63,963 bases of DNA, filler included, from Barthelona sp. PAP020 (GCA_040182905.1; 4 parts of 4 records of this genome joined end to end with filler, not necessarily neighbours in it), one strand, 5' to 3'; positions 11,887-23,477 are shown, counted from the whole stretch's first letter. The notes: a model not told the origin generated them from the sequence alone. Numbers and translations are program-made.

Positions 11887-12140
11887 TTTGTAGTTTGTAG
11901 TCTTGTTTTTTTCTTTTATAAATTATTTGATAAATATTTAAATAAATTTTTTAATAGTTTCAAGAGATTTGAAATATAGTTTGTATTGAAATTTTTTTTT
12001 TTTAAAAAAAAAAACTACAATTCTTTATTTTCTCTTTTATATACCCAAGGCAAATATTTCTTTGATAGAACAAAAATAATAACAATAATAAATATTAAAG
12101 AAAGGAATGCAAATAAAATCAAAGATTTTTTTATATCTAA

Positions 12141-14627
12141 ATGGAGTTGAATAGAGTTCATCCTTTATTACAATTAGGATATTTAGGATCTTTTGGACAA
12201 ATTATACGAGAAATATCGAAAGAAATAGATGGAGATAATAATATTAAAACAGAACAAGATATTATAGAATTATTTACTTCACATATTGAAGAATTAACGG
12301 ATGATATTCTGTTAAAAATGTTATTAAGTTGTTTATATTTAAAGAATAATCAATTATCTTCATCAATTATAATCGATATATTTCCAGAATTTTTAGTTTT
12401 TGAAGGATATAATTGTTATGATTTTAATTTTAATGATCGTGATATAATACCAATTGTATCATGTGAAAATAAAATGAATAATAATATGGAGACAAATTGT
12501 TTATTGAATCAAACATTTTTAAACAAAAATACTGTTTTAAAAGTGTTATTAAATACATATACATATGGTAAAAACGAAAAGAATTATCTGATTGAATCTT
12601 GTTTGATGGTAATAAGATCCTTATTAATGAATGAAGAATATCAAAATGAGATGGTAAAATTGTTGTATGATACTGTTGAAATTGCACCATTTCATGTTGG
12701 TTTTACTCTATTAAATTATCATCTAATAATTCCTCATCTATTTTCACCTTTAGCAAATATTAGATTGTATGCTTATCAAATAATTGGGGCTATTGTATTG
12801 AATCCTTTAGATTTCGGATTTACAGTATTTCCAAACTTTGTATCTGAATGTTTTCATATTCCTGGATTGAAGATGAATGTTGTTACTGATGAAGAAGCCT
12901 ATTATCATTTATTCTCCAATGAAAATGAAAATGAAGATGATAATGATGAAAAAGAACAATTGTTATTAACCAATCCTTATGTTAAAGAATTAAAAGATAT
13001 GGAAATATCATTGAATTTGGAATCAATAGAGAAGATCAAAAGTGATTTGGATTTTGACTTTCAATTTGATAGTATTGAATATTTAAAGAAGGAAATTCTC
13101 TTTGAAGATTCAAAGAGAAAAGAATTTGAAGAGTATATATTAGCAAATTTTCATTTTTTTCCTTCATGGTTTATACTGTACATTGAATATGATCAATTTT
13201 TTTGTGAACAAAATATTGATAAGATATTGAGTCAATTTATTGGTATTAATTGGTCTATTGAATCTATATATATATTGGTAAAGATATTGGAGACGATTAA
13301 AGATAGTTTATGTGTATCAAATCTTCATTTTGAATTTATGAATGATTTATTAGTGTTTTATGATGATTTATTGGTGAATCAAGATTTTTTGAAACAAATG
13401 AATTTGAAACATTATAATGTATTAATTTCTTGTCAATTATTGTTTTGTAAAGTTTCGTTAAAACATGATTTTGGTCAAATATTATTGGAAAAAGTTGAAA
13501 AGATACTTCATCAAGATTTAGAAGATTTAGAAGATTTAGAAGATAAGAATAATATTGAATTAATACATTGTTGTCTAGCAAATTATATAGCATTATGTTT
13601 TTTAATTTCTAGACCAATAAAATCTGATCTTTTGATCAAATTTTATAATGAAATGAATCAAAATTGTGTAAAAGAAAAACAAGAAGAATATCTTTTAATG
13701 TTAGCAAGTAATCTCATTGATTCTAATTCAAATCATGCTGATTCTATTAACATTAAACAATTGATAGAAATAATCTTTATAAATCTTATAAATCATATGA
13801 CAATTACCAATTTTAATGATAACATTCATTTTAGCTCAATTTTAAACATCATCAATAATTATATTCAAAAAGATGGGAATATTTTGAAAACTTTGGAAAA
13901 CTTTGAAAGCTTTGACAATTTATTCAGCACATTTTTATATTGTTTAAATGTTTATAAAGTTAAAGACAGAAAATATTCTGAATTAGATATTTTTGAAGAA
14001 GTAATTATCTATAGACTTTTATTCTTTTTTGAACAACTTTTGAAATATTTTTCAGATATTATTGGTGGCAAATTATATAATTTTGAGAAATATTTTGATA
14101 TTGTTGATATATTATTTGCTTCACTTAACTTGGAATATAATGATAATTTTGCCAATTTATTGTTGACATTTTCTAATTACTACAATGAAGTTTTCAACAA
14201 TGAACTAATTGAGGATTTGATCTGTTCAAATTTATTCTTGATCAAGAAGAATATTTTCCTCACTAAATTAACCAAATCAAAACTCTTTAATTTCATGTTG
14301 ATTAACAACTTATTGTTATCAAAACATACTAGGATTGATTCTTTAATTTTGAGACACAAAGTAATCGATATCTTGATTGATACTTTAACTCAAGAGAAAT
14401 TTGATAAGCCTTTGAATTGTTTAAATCTGAATTTGCTAAGTGTATGTTTAGGTAGTGGTTTACCTTGTTATTTTAATTTCAATTTTATCAGTTCAATGAT
14501 TGAAAATATTTCAAAAAATTCAAAAAATTCATTAGTTATCAAAAGTTTTCATAACTTCATGGAAGTGTTAAAAGTTATGAATGAACCAGTTTATGATTCA
14601 ATTGATAGAGAAGTTGGTAAGTTGTAA
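12141..14627 (+). CDS. Hypothetical I/L/N/F-rich helical protein
   Basis: 828-aa uninterrupted ORF in very AT-rich DNA; no motif recognised. Confidence 0.65.
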   Translation: MELNRVHPLLQLGYLGSFGQIIREISKEIDGDNNIKTEQDIIELFTSHIEELTDDILLKMLLSCLYLKNNQLSSSIIIDIFPEFLVFEGYNCYDFNFNDRDIIPIVSCENKMNNNMETNCLLNQTFLNKNTVLKVLLNTYTYGKNEKNYLIESCLMVIRSLLMNEEYQNEMVKLLYDTVEIAPFHVGFTLLNYHLIIPHLFSPLANIRLYAYQIIGAIVLNPLDFGFTVFPNFVSECFHIPGLKMNVVTDEEAYYHLFSNENENEDDNDEKEQLLLTNPYVKELKDMEISLNLESIEKIKSDLDFDFQFDSIEYLKKEILFEDSKRKEFEEYILANFHFFPSWFILYIEYDQFFCEQNIDKILSQFIGINWSIESIYILVKILETIKDSLCVSNLHFEFMNDLLVFYDDLLVNQDFLKQMNLKHYNVLISCQLLFCKVSLKHDFGQILLEKVEKILHQDLEDLEDLEDKNNIELIHCCLANYIALCFLISRPIKSDLLIKFYNEMNQNCVKEKQEEYLLMLASNLIDSNSNHADSINIKQLIEIIFINLINHMTITNFNDNIHFSSILNIINNYIQKDGNILKTLENFESFDNLFSTFLYCLNVYKVKDRKYSELDIFEEVIIYRLLFFFEQLLKYFSDIIGGKLYNFEKYFDIVDILFASLNLEYNDNFANLLLTFSNYYNEVFNNELIEDLICSNLFLIKKNIFLTKLTKSKLFNFMLINNLLLSKHTRIDSLILRHKVIDILIDTLTQEKFDKPLNCLNLNLLSVCLGSGLPCYFNFNFISSMIENISKNSKNSLVIKSFHNFMEVLKVMNEPVYDSIDREVGKL

Positions 14628-14816
14628 ACAATAATTTTTTTTCATTTATGATTTTTTTTCAAAAGCCAAGAAACATTGTGGATGAGGCTTTAAAGGCCTG
14701 ATTGATCTGTTTATTTATTGAGTCTTTAAAAGTTGACTTTTACCAGATAAAACCTTTGAGGAAGCAAAATTTTACTTCTCTACAAAGGAAGAAAAAATAA
14801 AAACAATAAACACAAA

Positions 14817-15110
14817 CTATTTATTACTTTTGTCTAACATGGCATTATGAACCAATAAAAAATATTCAAGTTGATCCTTTTGTTCTTCAATAATTTTTAC
14901 ATTTTCCTCAACAGCATTAAGATAAACTTCATCTTTTAATTCAGGATCTTCTTCTAATATTATTTGATTTGAATATTCAAGATGATCAATATTCTTTTGT
15001 AATTTTTCAATCATTATTTGACGAATTTCTGGATCATAATCAGAAAACTTATCAGCATTTCTATAATCTGTTACATATATACCATCTGATATTTTCAATT
15101 CATTATTCAT
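14817..15110 (-). CDS. Small protein resembling the Tma17/Adc17 family
   Basis: LQKNIDHLEYSN...VYLNAVEENVKII resembles, from memory, yeast Tma17 IENSINHLQRSN...LYKDSVRENEIVL. Confidence 0.5.
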   Translation of the reverse strand: MNNELKISDGIYVTDYRNADKFSDYDPEIRQIMIEKLQKNIDHLEYSNQIILEEDPELKDEVYLNAVEENVKIIEEQKDQLEYFLLVHNAMLDKSNK

Positions 15111-15199
15111 AATGATATAAAGAATATAAAAAAAATATATCGAATGGGGAATTTTTTTGGAGTTTTTTCATGTAATTAAATCATCCAATCAAATATTAC

Positions 15200-17824
15200 A
15201 TGAGTATACAATATATTGATTACAAAAAGTTAATTAAATTCATTATTTCTGATTGTTTAGATCGACCTTACGATTTTTTATATAGTATTAAAAAAAATGA
15301 ATTTGAAAATATTTTTGACAAATTAATTTGTTTAGGAGGACAAACGTATGAATTTTTTATATTTTTAAAAGAAGAAAATTTTGAATTTATTGAAGGACAG
15401 TGCATTTGTTCATTTTTAATTGGTAGAATCTTGAATGTTTTGGGATATATAGAAGAAATATTAAATGATGATCCTACTATTATAGGGGAAAATTCATTTT
15501 CTGTGTTACATGAAGAGATATGTGAATTAATTTTTAGTTTGATGGATATTTTGACAAATTTTTTAACTGAAGATCGTTTTTCCATTTGGTTTAGAAATGA
15601 TATACATCATAAAGAAGAATTTTTGAAGTTATTAGAAAGTGTTGGAGATTTAGAAGAAGAATTGAATATTGATGAAGGACAAATGAAACGTATTGATGAT
15701 TATTCTGAGAATGGGTTTAATGTTGATAAATTTTTCGATGAATTTTTGATGAAAGATTTTCTTGGATATATTGAAGATGTTTCTATTGATACCTGCTTAA
15801 ATTATTCTGTTGAAAAGCGTATTGAAATGAATCAAGCATATTTACATCTAATTGAACAAAAGAATGATATTTCAAAGCGTTTTGATACTTGTTTGCCTAA
15901 TTTGAATGGAGAAATTGATAATCTTAAAAGTAAATATTTAGACGATGATGTAATTATAAAAACTCCAGATTGCTTATCTAGAACTTTAGTATTAAGGTCT
16001 GCTGCTGTTGTATTTGGGTTACAAAATAGAAATATTTGTCAGATTTTTGGATATGTTTCAAACAACGATATTGATTCTTTTGTTCCTTCATTAGTTATTG
16101 AACCTGTCATTGGGAACTTGATTGATTTTTTGGGTAAAATTTCTTTGGGGATCAAGTTACGCATTTTGAAGGAGCTTGCTGAATGTTTGGATTACTGTCA
16201 TTGCAATGGAATAAACCATGGTTATTTATCACCTCAAAGTATTTTATTGACTTCGGATTTACATGCTAAGATATGGGAGTTTAACATTCAATCGAGTGAT
16301 GAAGCTATGAAGGGCTTTTTTTACGATTGTCTTAATTCTTCAGTAAAAGATGAATTTGTTGCTTCATCCATCGATAAAGATTTATTTTCATTTGGTTTGA
16401 TTTATATTTATGTAATGACTGGAATCTTACCAAAGTTACCCAATTGCTTTTTCCCAGAGGACAATTTTAATAAATTATTCTTTGAACATCTATTTGCAGA
16501 CTCTTTTTCAAACGATTTCACAAAGAAAATTATCGGTTTTGACACTATTGTTCGCAAATGCTTTGAAAAGAATTCTGTCACTTTCAAAGAAATTGCTGAA
16601 TATTTGTCTCATATCTTTGATGCCTTTAACAACCATTATCAACAAGATCAAACAGTTCAGATCAATGGAAATTACCAACAAGATATTTTAGATGTCACTT
16701 ACAGTGTTTATTTGGGTAATTTTCCAAAATCTGCTACAATAGATGAGTTGTTGGAATTCTTTGAGACTGTTGTAGACGACGAAGATTTTGTTGACTCACT
16801 TGATATCGTTTTTGTCAACAACAGTGGATTTTCTCAAATTTCAACACAATTTGAAAACGTTTTCAAGACTCTTTTACAATTGAATATGTGTCCTTTTCAA
16901 AATCAGTATTTGATGGTCTTTCCAATTGAAAAGTCTTTAAAGAAGTTGTTAAAACCCACTAGATGCATCTTGGTTACAGTTGATGATTCAGAATCAACAA
17001 TATTGGACATTTATCAGCAATATCAGCATATTGGCCATATTTTACAAATCAAAAAGAGAAAGCAAAGCAGTTTTCTTCTCAAATTTGCTGAGTTGAATGA
17101 AAAAGAACTTGATGCAAAACTGGCTGCCTACCAACAGTTCATTTTTCCAAATGATTCTTTGTTCCCTCTCTCAATCTTTGACGTTGGCTGGATTCAAATG
17201 AAGCTAACGTATGTTACAGCTGTTGATGACAAGGCATTTCGTAACAAAATTGTCACAAAAGTTCAGAAAAGTTTTGAAAGTTTTGAAATTTTGCATGAAA
17301 CATTCACGTTTTCAAACACAGGAGTTAAATGCGTTTTATTATTGGATGATGCGACTATGGCATTAAAAAAAAGTTCAAAATTTGCGGTTGATGGATGTTC
17401 TGTTGAAATAATGCGCTTTAAGCATCCTTTTAACAAATTGATCAAGTATCGAAAAAAAGTTAAGGAAAGTTTGGTCCCTGAAAATTTCAAACATTTTGAA
17501 ACATTCCGTGAAAACTTGCAAACTTTTGTAAATAGTGTATATTTTGATGTTCTTGATAATATTTTGTCAAGTTATCCAAAGAAAGTTTTAGACGAATCCT
17601 TAAAGGATTTTGACACTTTTAGGGAATTGATTTTATCTGGTTTTAGTTTATACATACATCATTTATATGCAAAAAGAGAGAGTTTGGTTTTTATTTCATG
17701 TACAAACGATCCGAAGCTTCTTGAAAATCCTAAATATGTGGCAAATGATTCACATAGGACCAGTTTTCCAGAATTAGTAATGAGTAGTCGTGGTAGTGTG
17801 TTCGGTAACACTACAAATAGGTGA
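15200..17824 (+). CDS. N-terminal helical bundle + pseudokinase + RRM-like domains (MLKL-like layout)
   Basis: Kinase fold with VIIK, HGYLSPQSILL (catalytic Asp lost), KIWEF (DFG lost) and DLFSFGLI. RNP2-like VYLGNFP at about aa 503. Confidence 0.75.
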   Translation: MSIQYIDYKKLIKFIISDCLDRPYDFLYSIKKNEFENIFDKLICLGGQTYEFFIFLKEENFEFIEGQCICSFLIGRILNVLGYIEEILNDDPTIIGENSFSVLHEEICELIFSLMDILTNFLTEDRFSIWFRNDIHHKEEFLKLLESVGDLEEELNIDEGQMKRIDDYSENGFNVDKFFDEFLMKDFLGYIEDVSIDTCLNYSVEKRIEMNQAYLHLIEQKNDISKRFDTCLPNLNGEIDNLKSKYLDDDVIIKTPDCLSRTLVLRSAAVVFGLQNRNICQIFGYVSNNDIDSFVPSLVIEPVIGNLIDFLGKISLGIKLRILKELAECLDYCHCNGINHGYLSPQSILLTSDLHAKIWEFNIQSSDEAMKGFFYDCLNSSVKDEFVASSIDKDLFSFGLIYIYVMTGILPKLPNCFFPEDNFNKLFFEHLFADSFSNDFTKKIIGFDTIVRKCFEKNSVTFKEIAEYLSHIFDAFNNHYQQDQTVQINGNYQQDILDVTYSVYLGNFPKSATIDELLEFFETVVDDEDFVDSLDIVFVNNSGFSQISTQFENVFKTLLQLNMCPFQNQYLMVFPIEKSLKKLLKPTRCILVTVDDSESTILDIYQQYQHIGHILQIKKRKQSSFLLKFAELNEKELDAKLAAYQQFIFPNDSLFPLSIFDVGWIQMKLTYVTAVDDKAFRNKIVTKVQKSFESFEILHETFTFSNTGVKCVLLLDDATMALKKSSKFAVDGCSVEIMRFKHPFNKLIKYRKKVKESLVPENFKHFETFRENLQTFVNSVYFDVLDNILSSYPKKVLDESLKDFDTFRELILSGFSLYIHHLYAKRESLVFISCTNDPKLLENPKYVANDSHRTSFPELVMSSRGSVFGNTTNR

Positions 17825-18170
17825 AAAATAAATGAATAGTTTTATTTTGTTTATATTTTTTTCTTTCTTTTTTACAATTTAAAATTAGCATTTTTGACAG
17901 TGAAAAGACTTTTCATTAGATAAAATGAAATAACCTTTTTGTGCAATTGGATGAAGTTTTGCAGATCACTCTCTATTTAAAAAGAGCAACAAAGATAATA
18001 TTAATGAATCAAATATTGTTATTTGAACAGTAAAAGGAAAAGTTTGAAAAAGGAAATGAAAACTTTGAGTCTTTTCCGTTGTTAAATTTTTTTATTTTAT
18101 TTATGACTTCATTAAACCATCCGTGGGGGTGGGGGAATTGAGGGATTTTATATGCGAACGCTCGTCTGAT

Positions 18171-18270
18171 NNNNNNNNNNNNNNNNNNNNNNNNNNNNNN
18201 NNNNNNNNNNNNNNTTAATTAATTAANNNNNNNNNNNNNNNNNNNNNNNNNNNNNNNNNNNNNNNNNNNN
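18171..18270. other. Artificial contig spacer
   Basis: N44-TTAATTAATTAA-N44, with stops in all six frames. Confidence 0.98.
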
Positions 18271-18731
18271 CGCCCAAAACCAGACCTAACACCATTCACA
18301 AATTTTCCATCATATGTTTCATAATAAGGCAATTGTTTTGGATGAACTTCAAGATAGCCAGCGCCATTCTTATCATCATTTGAAAAAATACCTCTATAAA
18401 TCATTTTTGAATCATTATTTTTAAAATCGCACATCTCATGCCCATAGCCTTTTCTTGTATCTTCTTCAAAATATCCTTCATATACATATTCACCTTCAGA
18501 AATTGACATTATTCCAAATCCTTCTCTTATTCCTTCTTTCCAATCACCATAATATATCATATCATTGTTTGGATTCAACCAAAATCCCACTCCATCTCGA
18601 TATCCATCAACAATTCTTCCAAAATAAATTGAACCATCTTCATATACAATAAAATCCTTCGAAACAAATTTAGATTTAAGAAGATTCTCCAAATTTTCAC
18701 CTGGTTCTTCCTTTGGTAACATCAATTCCAT
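18271..18731 (-). CDS. MORN-repeat protein (3'-truncated at contig end)
   Basis: Repeats such as YYGDWKEGIREGFG, YEGYFEEDTRKGYG and YDGKFVNGVRSGFG. Confidence 0.9.
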
Positions 18732-18898
18732 CTCAAAAAAAAAATATAGATGTTTAAATTTTTTTTTATTTCTATCGCTTTAATTCATCCGATAAATTTT
18801 CTTAATTTTACATTGCAAAACTTCAGATGTGTAAAAAGAGTCTTTTACAAAAAAAAATACTTATCCTTTTTTTACATAATTTTATCCAATCTTAACCA

Positions 18899-21319
18899 AT
18901 GGGACGACACGTTAAAATAGGAAAACATCGTCGTGATAAGTATTATTTCATGGCGAAAGAGCAAGGGTATGCATCTCGTGCTGCCTTTAAGTTACAACAA
19001 TTGAATGACAAATTTCATTTTTTGGAGAAATCCCGAGTTATTGTTGATTTATGTGCAGCTCCAGGAGGTTGGTCTCAAGTTGCACATAAATATGCACCAA
19101 TTCCTTCGCATATTGTTGCAGTTGATCTTGCTCCAATGAAGCCAATACGTGGAGTTATTAGTTTGCAAGAAGATATTACAACTGAATCATGTCGTCGTGC
19201 TTTAAAAAGAGAATTAAATGGTATGGAAGTTGATGTTGTTATGAATGATGGTGCTCCAAACGTAGGTGCTGATTGGAATAAAGATGCCTATGTTCAAAAT
19301 ATTTTAGTCCTTGAATCTGCACGTTTTGCTGCAGATACTTTAACGAAGGGTGGTACTTTTATCACTAAAGTTTTTAGATCTCGAAACTATAACAATATTT
19401 TATTTGTTTTGAATGAATTGTTCCAAAAAGTTGAGAGTACAAAACCCCCTTCTTCAAGAAATGAATCATCTGAAATGTTCATTTGTTGTTTTGGTTATAA
19501 GAAGCCCAGAGTTGTTGATCCTAAATTGTTTGATCCTGATTGTGTTTTTGCACAAGAAGTGGTTGATGTGGCTACTCGTAATAAGGAAGCCCTTGTTAAG
19601 TATTTACGTACTGGTAAAACATCAACACGTGCCAATAGACAAGGTTACGGTGGATCTTTGGATGAAGTTTTCCAAAGGATTCCTGCAATTACATTTGTTC
19701 AAGCGGATAAACCTTTGGATGTTTTGGCAATTTGTCGAACTCTGGAATTTGAGGATGAACATTCAAAAGAATTGACAACCTTACCTGAAACAAAGCAAGA
19801 GATTATTGATATGTGTGAAGACACAAAATTGTTGAACAGAAATGATTTAAGTTCTTTGTTGAAATGGCGTATACAACTCAGAGAACGTCATGCTGATGTT
19901 GTTTTTGGACCAGAATATGCTGAATCTGATAATGAAGAAATATCAGAAAATGAAGAAGAAATGGAAAGTGATGATGAAGCTGAAGAAGAAGAAGAAGTTG
20001 ATATTGATGCACAACTTGATGATTTAGAGGATTCAGAAACAAAAAGGATAAGAAAACTTAGGAAAAAACGAGCAAAGCGTTTAGCAAAAGAACGTCTTCG
20101 TCGAAAGTTACAAGGCGAAGCAGAGGTTGATGTTGCTGCTGAAATGACTTCACAAGATCCAGTTTTAGGATTTTCTAAAGATATATTTGAAGGACCAAGC
20201 AAATTGGAAAAATGGTCAAAAGAACAAGAAGAAAACAGTTCAGCTTCCGATGATTCCTTGGATGAAGCTGATGAAATAAATTCAGATGATGAAGCAACAG
20301 GTTTGAAAGCAATTGAAGCTGAACTTAACGCTTATCATGAAGCGAAGAATAAAAACAAAAAAGCTAAAATGGATATCAATGATCCCATGGTTGAAATGGA
20401 AGTTAAGAAGAAGTTGGAAGAAAGAAGACAAGCGGAAAGAGCAAGTGATTTTTTCTCAAGACCTATTTTTGGTTCTTTAAAAGAATTTTCTCCTTCTGAT
20501 GCTTTGCAAAACGATATTTCTATTGGTGTAACAACAGATCATTCAAAACCAGTGGAAAACAGAGAACGTTTTGCTCAAGAAAGTTTGGATAATTTGATCA
20601 AAAAACCTCCTCAACATGAAGAAGAGGAAATGTTATTGTCTGAAAGTGAATCAGAAGATGAATCAGATAGTGAATACGAATCAGATTCAGAGTCTGAAGA
20701 TGAATCAGATGTTGATATTGATATTATTGCTGAACGTTTAGCATTGGGTAAAAAACTGCTGACAAAGAAAGGCCGAAGAGAAATGGAAGAAAGTCTTTTC
20801 AACAGATATGCTTTCAATGATCCGGAAGGATCTTTACCAGATTGGTTTATTGAAGATGAAGCAACCAGAAATAAGCCAATGTTGCCAATTACAAGAGATG
20901 AAATTGAACGCATAAAGGAAGATTTGAAGGCAATTGATTCTAGGCCAATTAAGAAAGTTGCTGAAGCCACAGCTAGAAAGAAAATGCGTGCTCAAAAGAA
21001 ATTAGATGCTGTTAAGAATAAAGCATATAATGTTGCACAATCCAGTGATTTATCATCTGAAGAGAAAATCCGACAGATCAGCAAGTTATACAGATCTGCC
21101 AAATTAACGAACAAGAGAGAACAAACATATTTACCAACCAAACGTTTTGAAACCAATGATGCCAGTAGAGTTACCAAATCAAAAAGCGGTAGAAAAATTA
21201 AATTTGTTGATAAAAGAATGAAAGCAGATCAAAAGAAGAAGAACTTGAATGTTAATTATTCAGTTCGAGTTAGAAAATATAAAAAGAAACAAAGAAAATA
21301 TAAAAACAGAAGAAAATGA
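18899..21319 (+). CDS. SPB1: AdoMet-dependent pre-rRNA 2'-O-methyltransferase Spb1/FTSJ3
   Basis: RRDKYYFMAKEQGYASRAAFKL, DLCAAPGGW, DGAPNVG, TKVFRS; Spb1 C-terminal LPDWFIEDE...RPIKKVAEA. Confidence 0.97.
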   Translation: MGRHVKIGKHRRDKYYFMAKEQGYASRAAFKLQQLNDKFHFLEKSRVIVDLCAAPGGWSQVAHKYAPIPSHIVAVDLAPMKPIRGVISLQEDITTESCRRALKRELNGMEVDVVMNDGAPNVGADWNKDAYVQNILVLESARFAADTLTKGGTFITKVFRSRNYNNILFVLNELFQKVESTKPPSSRNESSEMFICCFGYKKPRVVDPKLFDPDCVFAQEVVDVATRNKEALVKYLRTGKTSTRANRQGYGGSLDEVFQRIPAITFVQADKPLDVLAICRTLEFEDEHSKELTTLPETKQEIIDMCEDTKLLNRNDLSSLLKWRIQLRERHADVVFGPEYAESDNEEISENEEEMESDDEAEEEEEVDIDAQLDDLEDSETKRIRKLRKKRAKRLAKERLRRKLQGEAEVDVAAEMTSQDPVLGFSKDIFEGPSKLEKWSKEQEENSSASDDSLDEADEINSDDEATGLKAIEAELNAYHEAKNKNKKAKMDINDPMVEMEVKKKLEERRQAERASDFFSRPIFGSLKEFSPSDALQNDISIGVTTDHSKPVENRERFAQESLDNLIKKPPQHEEEEMLLSESESEDESDSEYESDSESEDESDVDIDIIAERLALGKKLLTKKGRREMEESLFNRYAFNDPEGSLPDWFIEDEATRNKPMLPITRDEIERIKEDLKAIDSRPIKKVAEATARKKMRAQKKLDAVKNKAYNVAQSSDLSSEEKIRQISKLYRSAKLTNKREQTYLPTKRFETNDASRVTKSKSGRKIKFVDKRMKADQKKKNLNVNYSVRVRKYKKKQRKYKNRRK

Positions 21320-21608
21320 ATTAAATAATTTAGTCCTTAAAAGTTTGTGTTGAAATAACAATCAAACTTTTTAATTTCATAAACAAAATACGTTTGCGGT
21401 TGTTTGTATTGATAAAATACAGTTATTTTCATTTTTTTTTTCCGAATTTAAAGTTCCACATCCACCTAAGAAAGTCAGGAATAAAGAAAGTGCAGCAAGT
21501 TAAAAAGACAAATCATTTAAAAAAAAAAAAGTAAGCAAAAAACAAGTCATTTACAAAGTGCAATTTCTTTAAACTACACAAAAAATAAAAACAAAAAAAA
21601 ATGGCTCA

Positions 21609-23477
21609 TCACAATCTATTTTGAAGATTAATGATCTCTTCTTCCAATTCACAGGGTAAATATTCCCCAGCGTTGTGTAAGAAATTTGTAATCTCCTCCA
21701 ATTCTCCTTTCAATTCATTTGAATCAACCTTTAATAGCTTTCTCATTTGTTCATCATCAATGTTGATATCATTGACATCTAAAGCATCAATTGAAGGAAC
21801 ATTGCCAAGAGCAGTGTGTGTGATATTATCCTCCCTTTCAGGATTTTCACATCTTTCTGTAATCCACTTGAAAACACGTACATTGTCACCAAAACCAGGC
21901 CATAGGAACTTGTTGTTTTCATCTTTTCCAAACCAATTAACATGGAAAATCTTAGGTGCATCATTTCCCAATCTCAGTCCCATTTCTAACCAATGTTTCC
22001 AATAATCTCCCACATTATAACCAATAAATGGCAACATAGCCATAGGATCTCTTCTTAAAACACCTTGTTTTCCTTCAGCAGCAGCTGTCATTTCCGAGGC
22101 CAAAGTTGCACCAACAAAGACACCATGTTGCCAGTTATAACTTTGATAGACAAGTGGCATAAGTTTAGTTCTTCTTCCTCCAAAAACAATAGCATCAATT
22201 GCAACACCAGGATCTTCATTAAAAGCAACATCAGTTTCAACAGCAATTGGACACAAATGATAATTAGCAGTGTATCTGGCATTTTTATGAGCAGCAGTTC
22301 TGCCACAATCAGGAGTCCAATCATTTCCTTGCCAATCAATTAAATGAGCAGGTGCTTCAGACATATCTTCCCACCAAACATCACCATCATCGGTAAGGGC
22401 AACATTGGTAAATATGCAGTCTCTTTCACATGCTCTCATTGCATTGTGATTTGAAGAATATGATGTTCCAGGTGCCACTCCAAAGAATCCAGCTTCAGGG
22501 TTAATGGCATGCAATTTATTATCCTTTCCAACAAACATCCAAGAAATATCATCACCAATACATTCAGCAGACCAATCCTTTAAAGTAGGTTCTAACATGG
22601 CAGCATTTGTTTTTCCACATGCACTTGGGAAAGCTCCTGCAATGTGGAATTGTTTTCCCTCAGGATTTGTCAATCTCAATAATAACATATGTTCAGCCAT
22701 CCAACCTTGGCGTTTTCCTTGATCAGAAGCAACTCTGAGTGCCAAACATTTCTTTCCTAATAAAGCATTTCCACCATATCCTGATCCTAAAGAAACAATC
22801 ATAGGATGTTCTCCTTGGAAATGAGTAATATATTTATTGTCAGGATTGCAAGGCCATGCAACATCTTTCTTACCATTTGGTAAAGGAGCACAGACCGAGT
22901 GAATACAAGGTACAAAATCAACACCATCATTTAAATATTTGACAACTTCATTTCCAACTCTAGCCATAATTCTCATATTAATTACAACATACTCAGAATC
23001 AGTAATTTCAATACCATACATTGTTGGAATAGCTCCAGGAGGTCCCATAGAAAAAGGAATAACATACAAAGTTCTACCAACCATACAATTCTTTGATAAG
23101 TCAGTTAAAACGCCCATCATTTCTTTGGGATCTCTCCAATTATTAGTAAATCCAGCATCTTCAAATTTTTCACAATTAATATAGGTTGCCCCTTCAACTC
23201 TAGCAACATCTTTAGGATCAGATCTAACCAGGATAGAATTTGGACGTTTTTCAGGGTTTAATCTGATAAAAGAACCACGTTCAACTCCAATATCAATCAA
23301 ACGTTGATATTCTTCTTCACTTCCATCAACAAAATGAACTTTTTCAGGTGAAAAATGATCAGCAATCTTTTGAACAAATTCATTGATAGAATCAACAGTG
23401 TAAGGAGTATTTTGAACATAATTAATACCACTTTCTTCTACAGTAATATCATTTAATAAAGAAATTCCAAGTCCCAT
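21609..23477 (-). CDS. pckG: Phosphoenolpyruvate carboxykinase (GTP)
   Basis: DVARVE, GSGYGGNALLGKKCLALR, WMAEHM, AFPSACGKTN, GDDI, DPMAMLPF, WPGFGDN. Confidence 0.97.
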   Translation of the reverse strand: MGLGISLLNDITVEESGINYVQNTPYTVDSINEFVQKIADHFSPEKVHFVDGSEEEYQRLIDIGVERGSFIRLNPEKRPNSILVRSDPKDVARVEGATYINCEKFEDAGFTNNWRDPKEMMGVLTDLSKNCMVGRTLYVIPFSMGPPGAIPTMYGIEITDSEYVVINMRIMARVGNEVVKYLNDGVDFVPCIHSVCAPLPNGKKDVAWPCNPDNKYITHFQGEHPMIVSLGSGYGGNALLGKKCLALRVASDQGKRQGWMAEHMLLLRLTNPEGKQFHIAGAFPSACGKTNAAMLEPTLKDWSAECIGDDISWMFVGKDNKLHAINPEAGFFGVAPGTSYSSNHNAMRACERDCIFTNVALTDDGDVWWEDMSEAPAHLIDWQGNDWTPDCGRTAAHKNARYTANYHLCPIAVETDVAFNEDPGVAIDAIVFGGRRTKLMPLVYQSYNWQHGVFVGATLASEMTAAAEGKQGVLRRDPMAMLPFIGYNVGDYWKHWLEMGLRLGNDAPKIFHVNWFGKDENNKFLWPGFGDNVRVFKWITERCENPEREDNITHTALGNVPSIDALDVNDINIDDEQMRKLLKVDSNELKGELEEITNFLHNAGEYLPCELEEEIINLQNRL

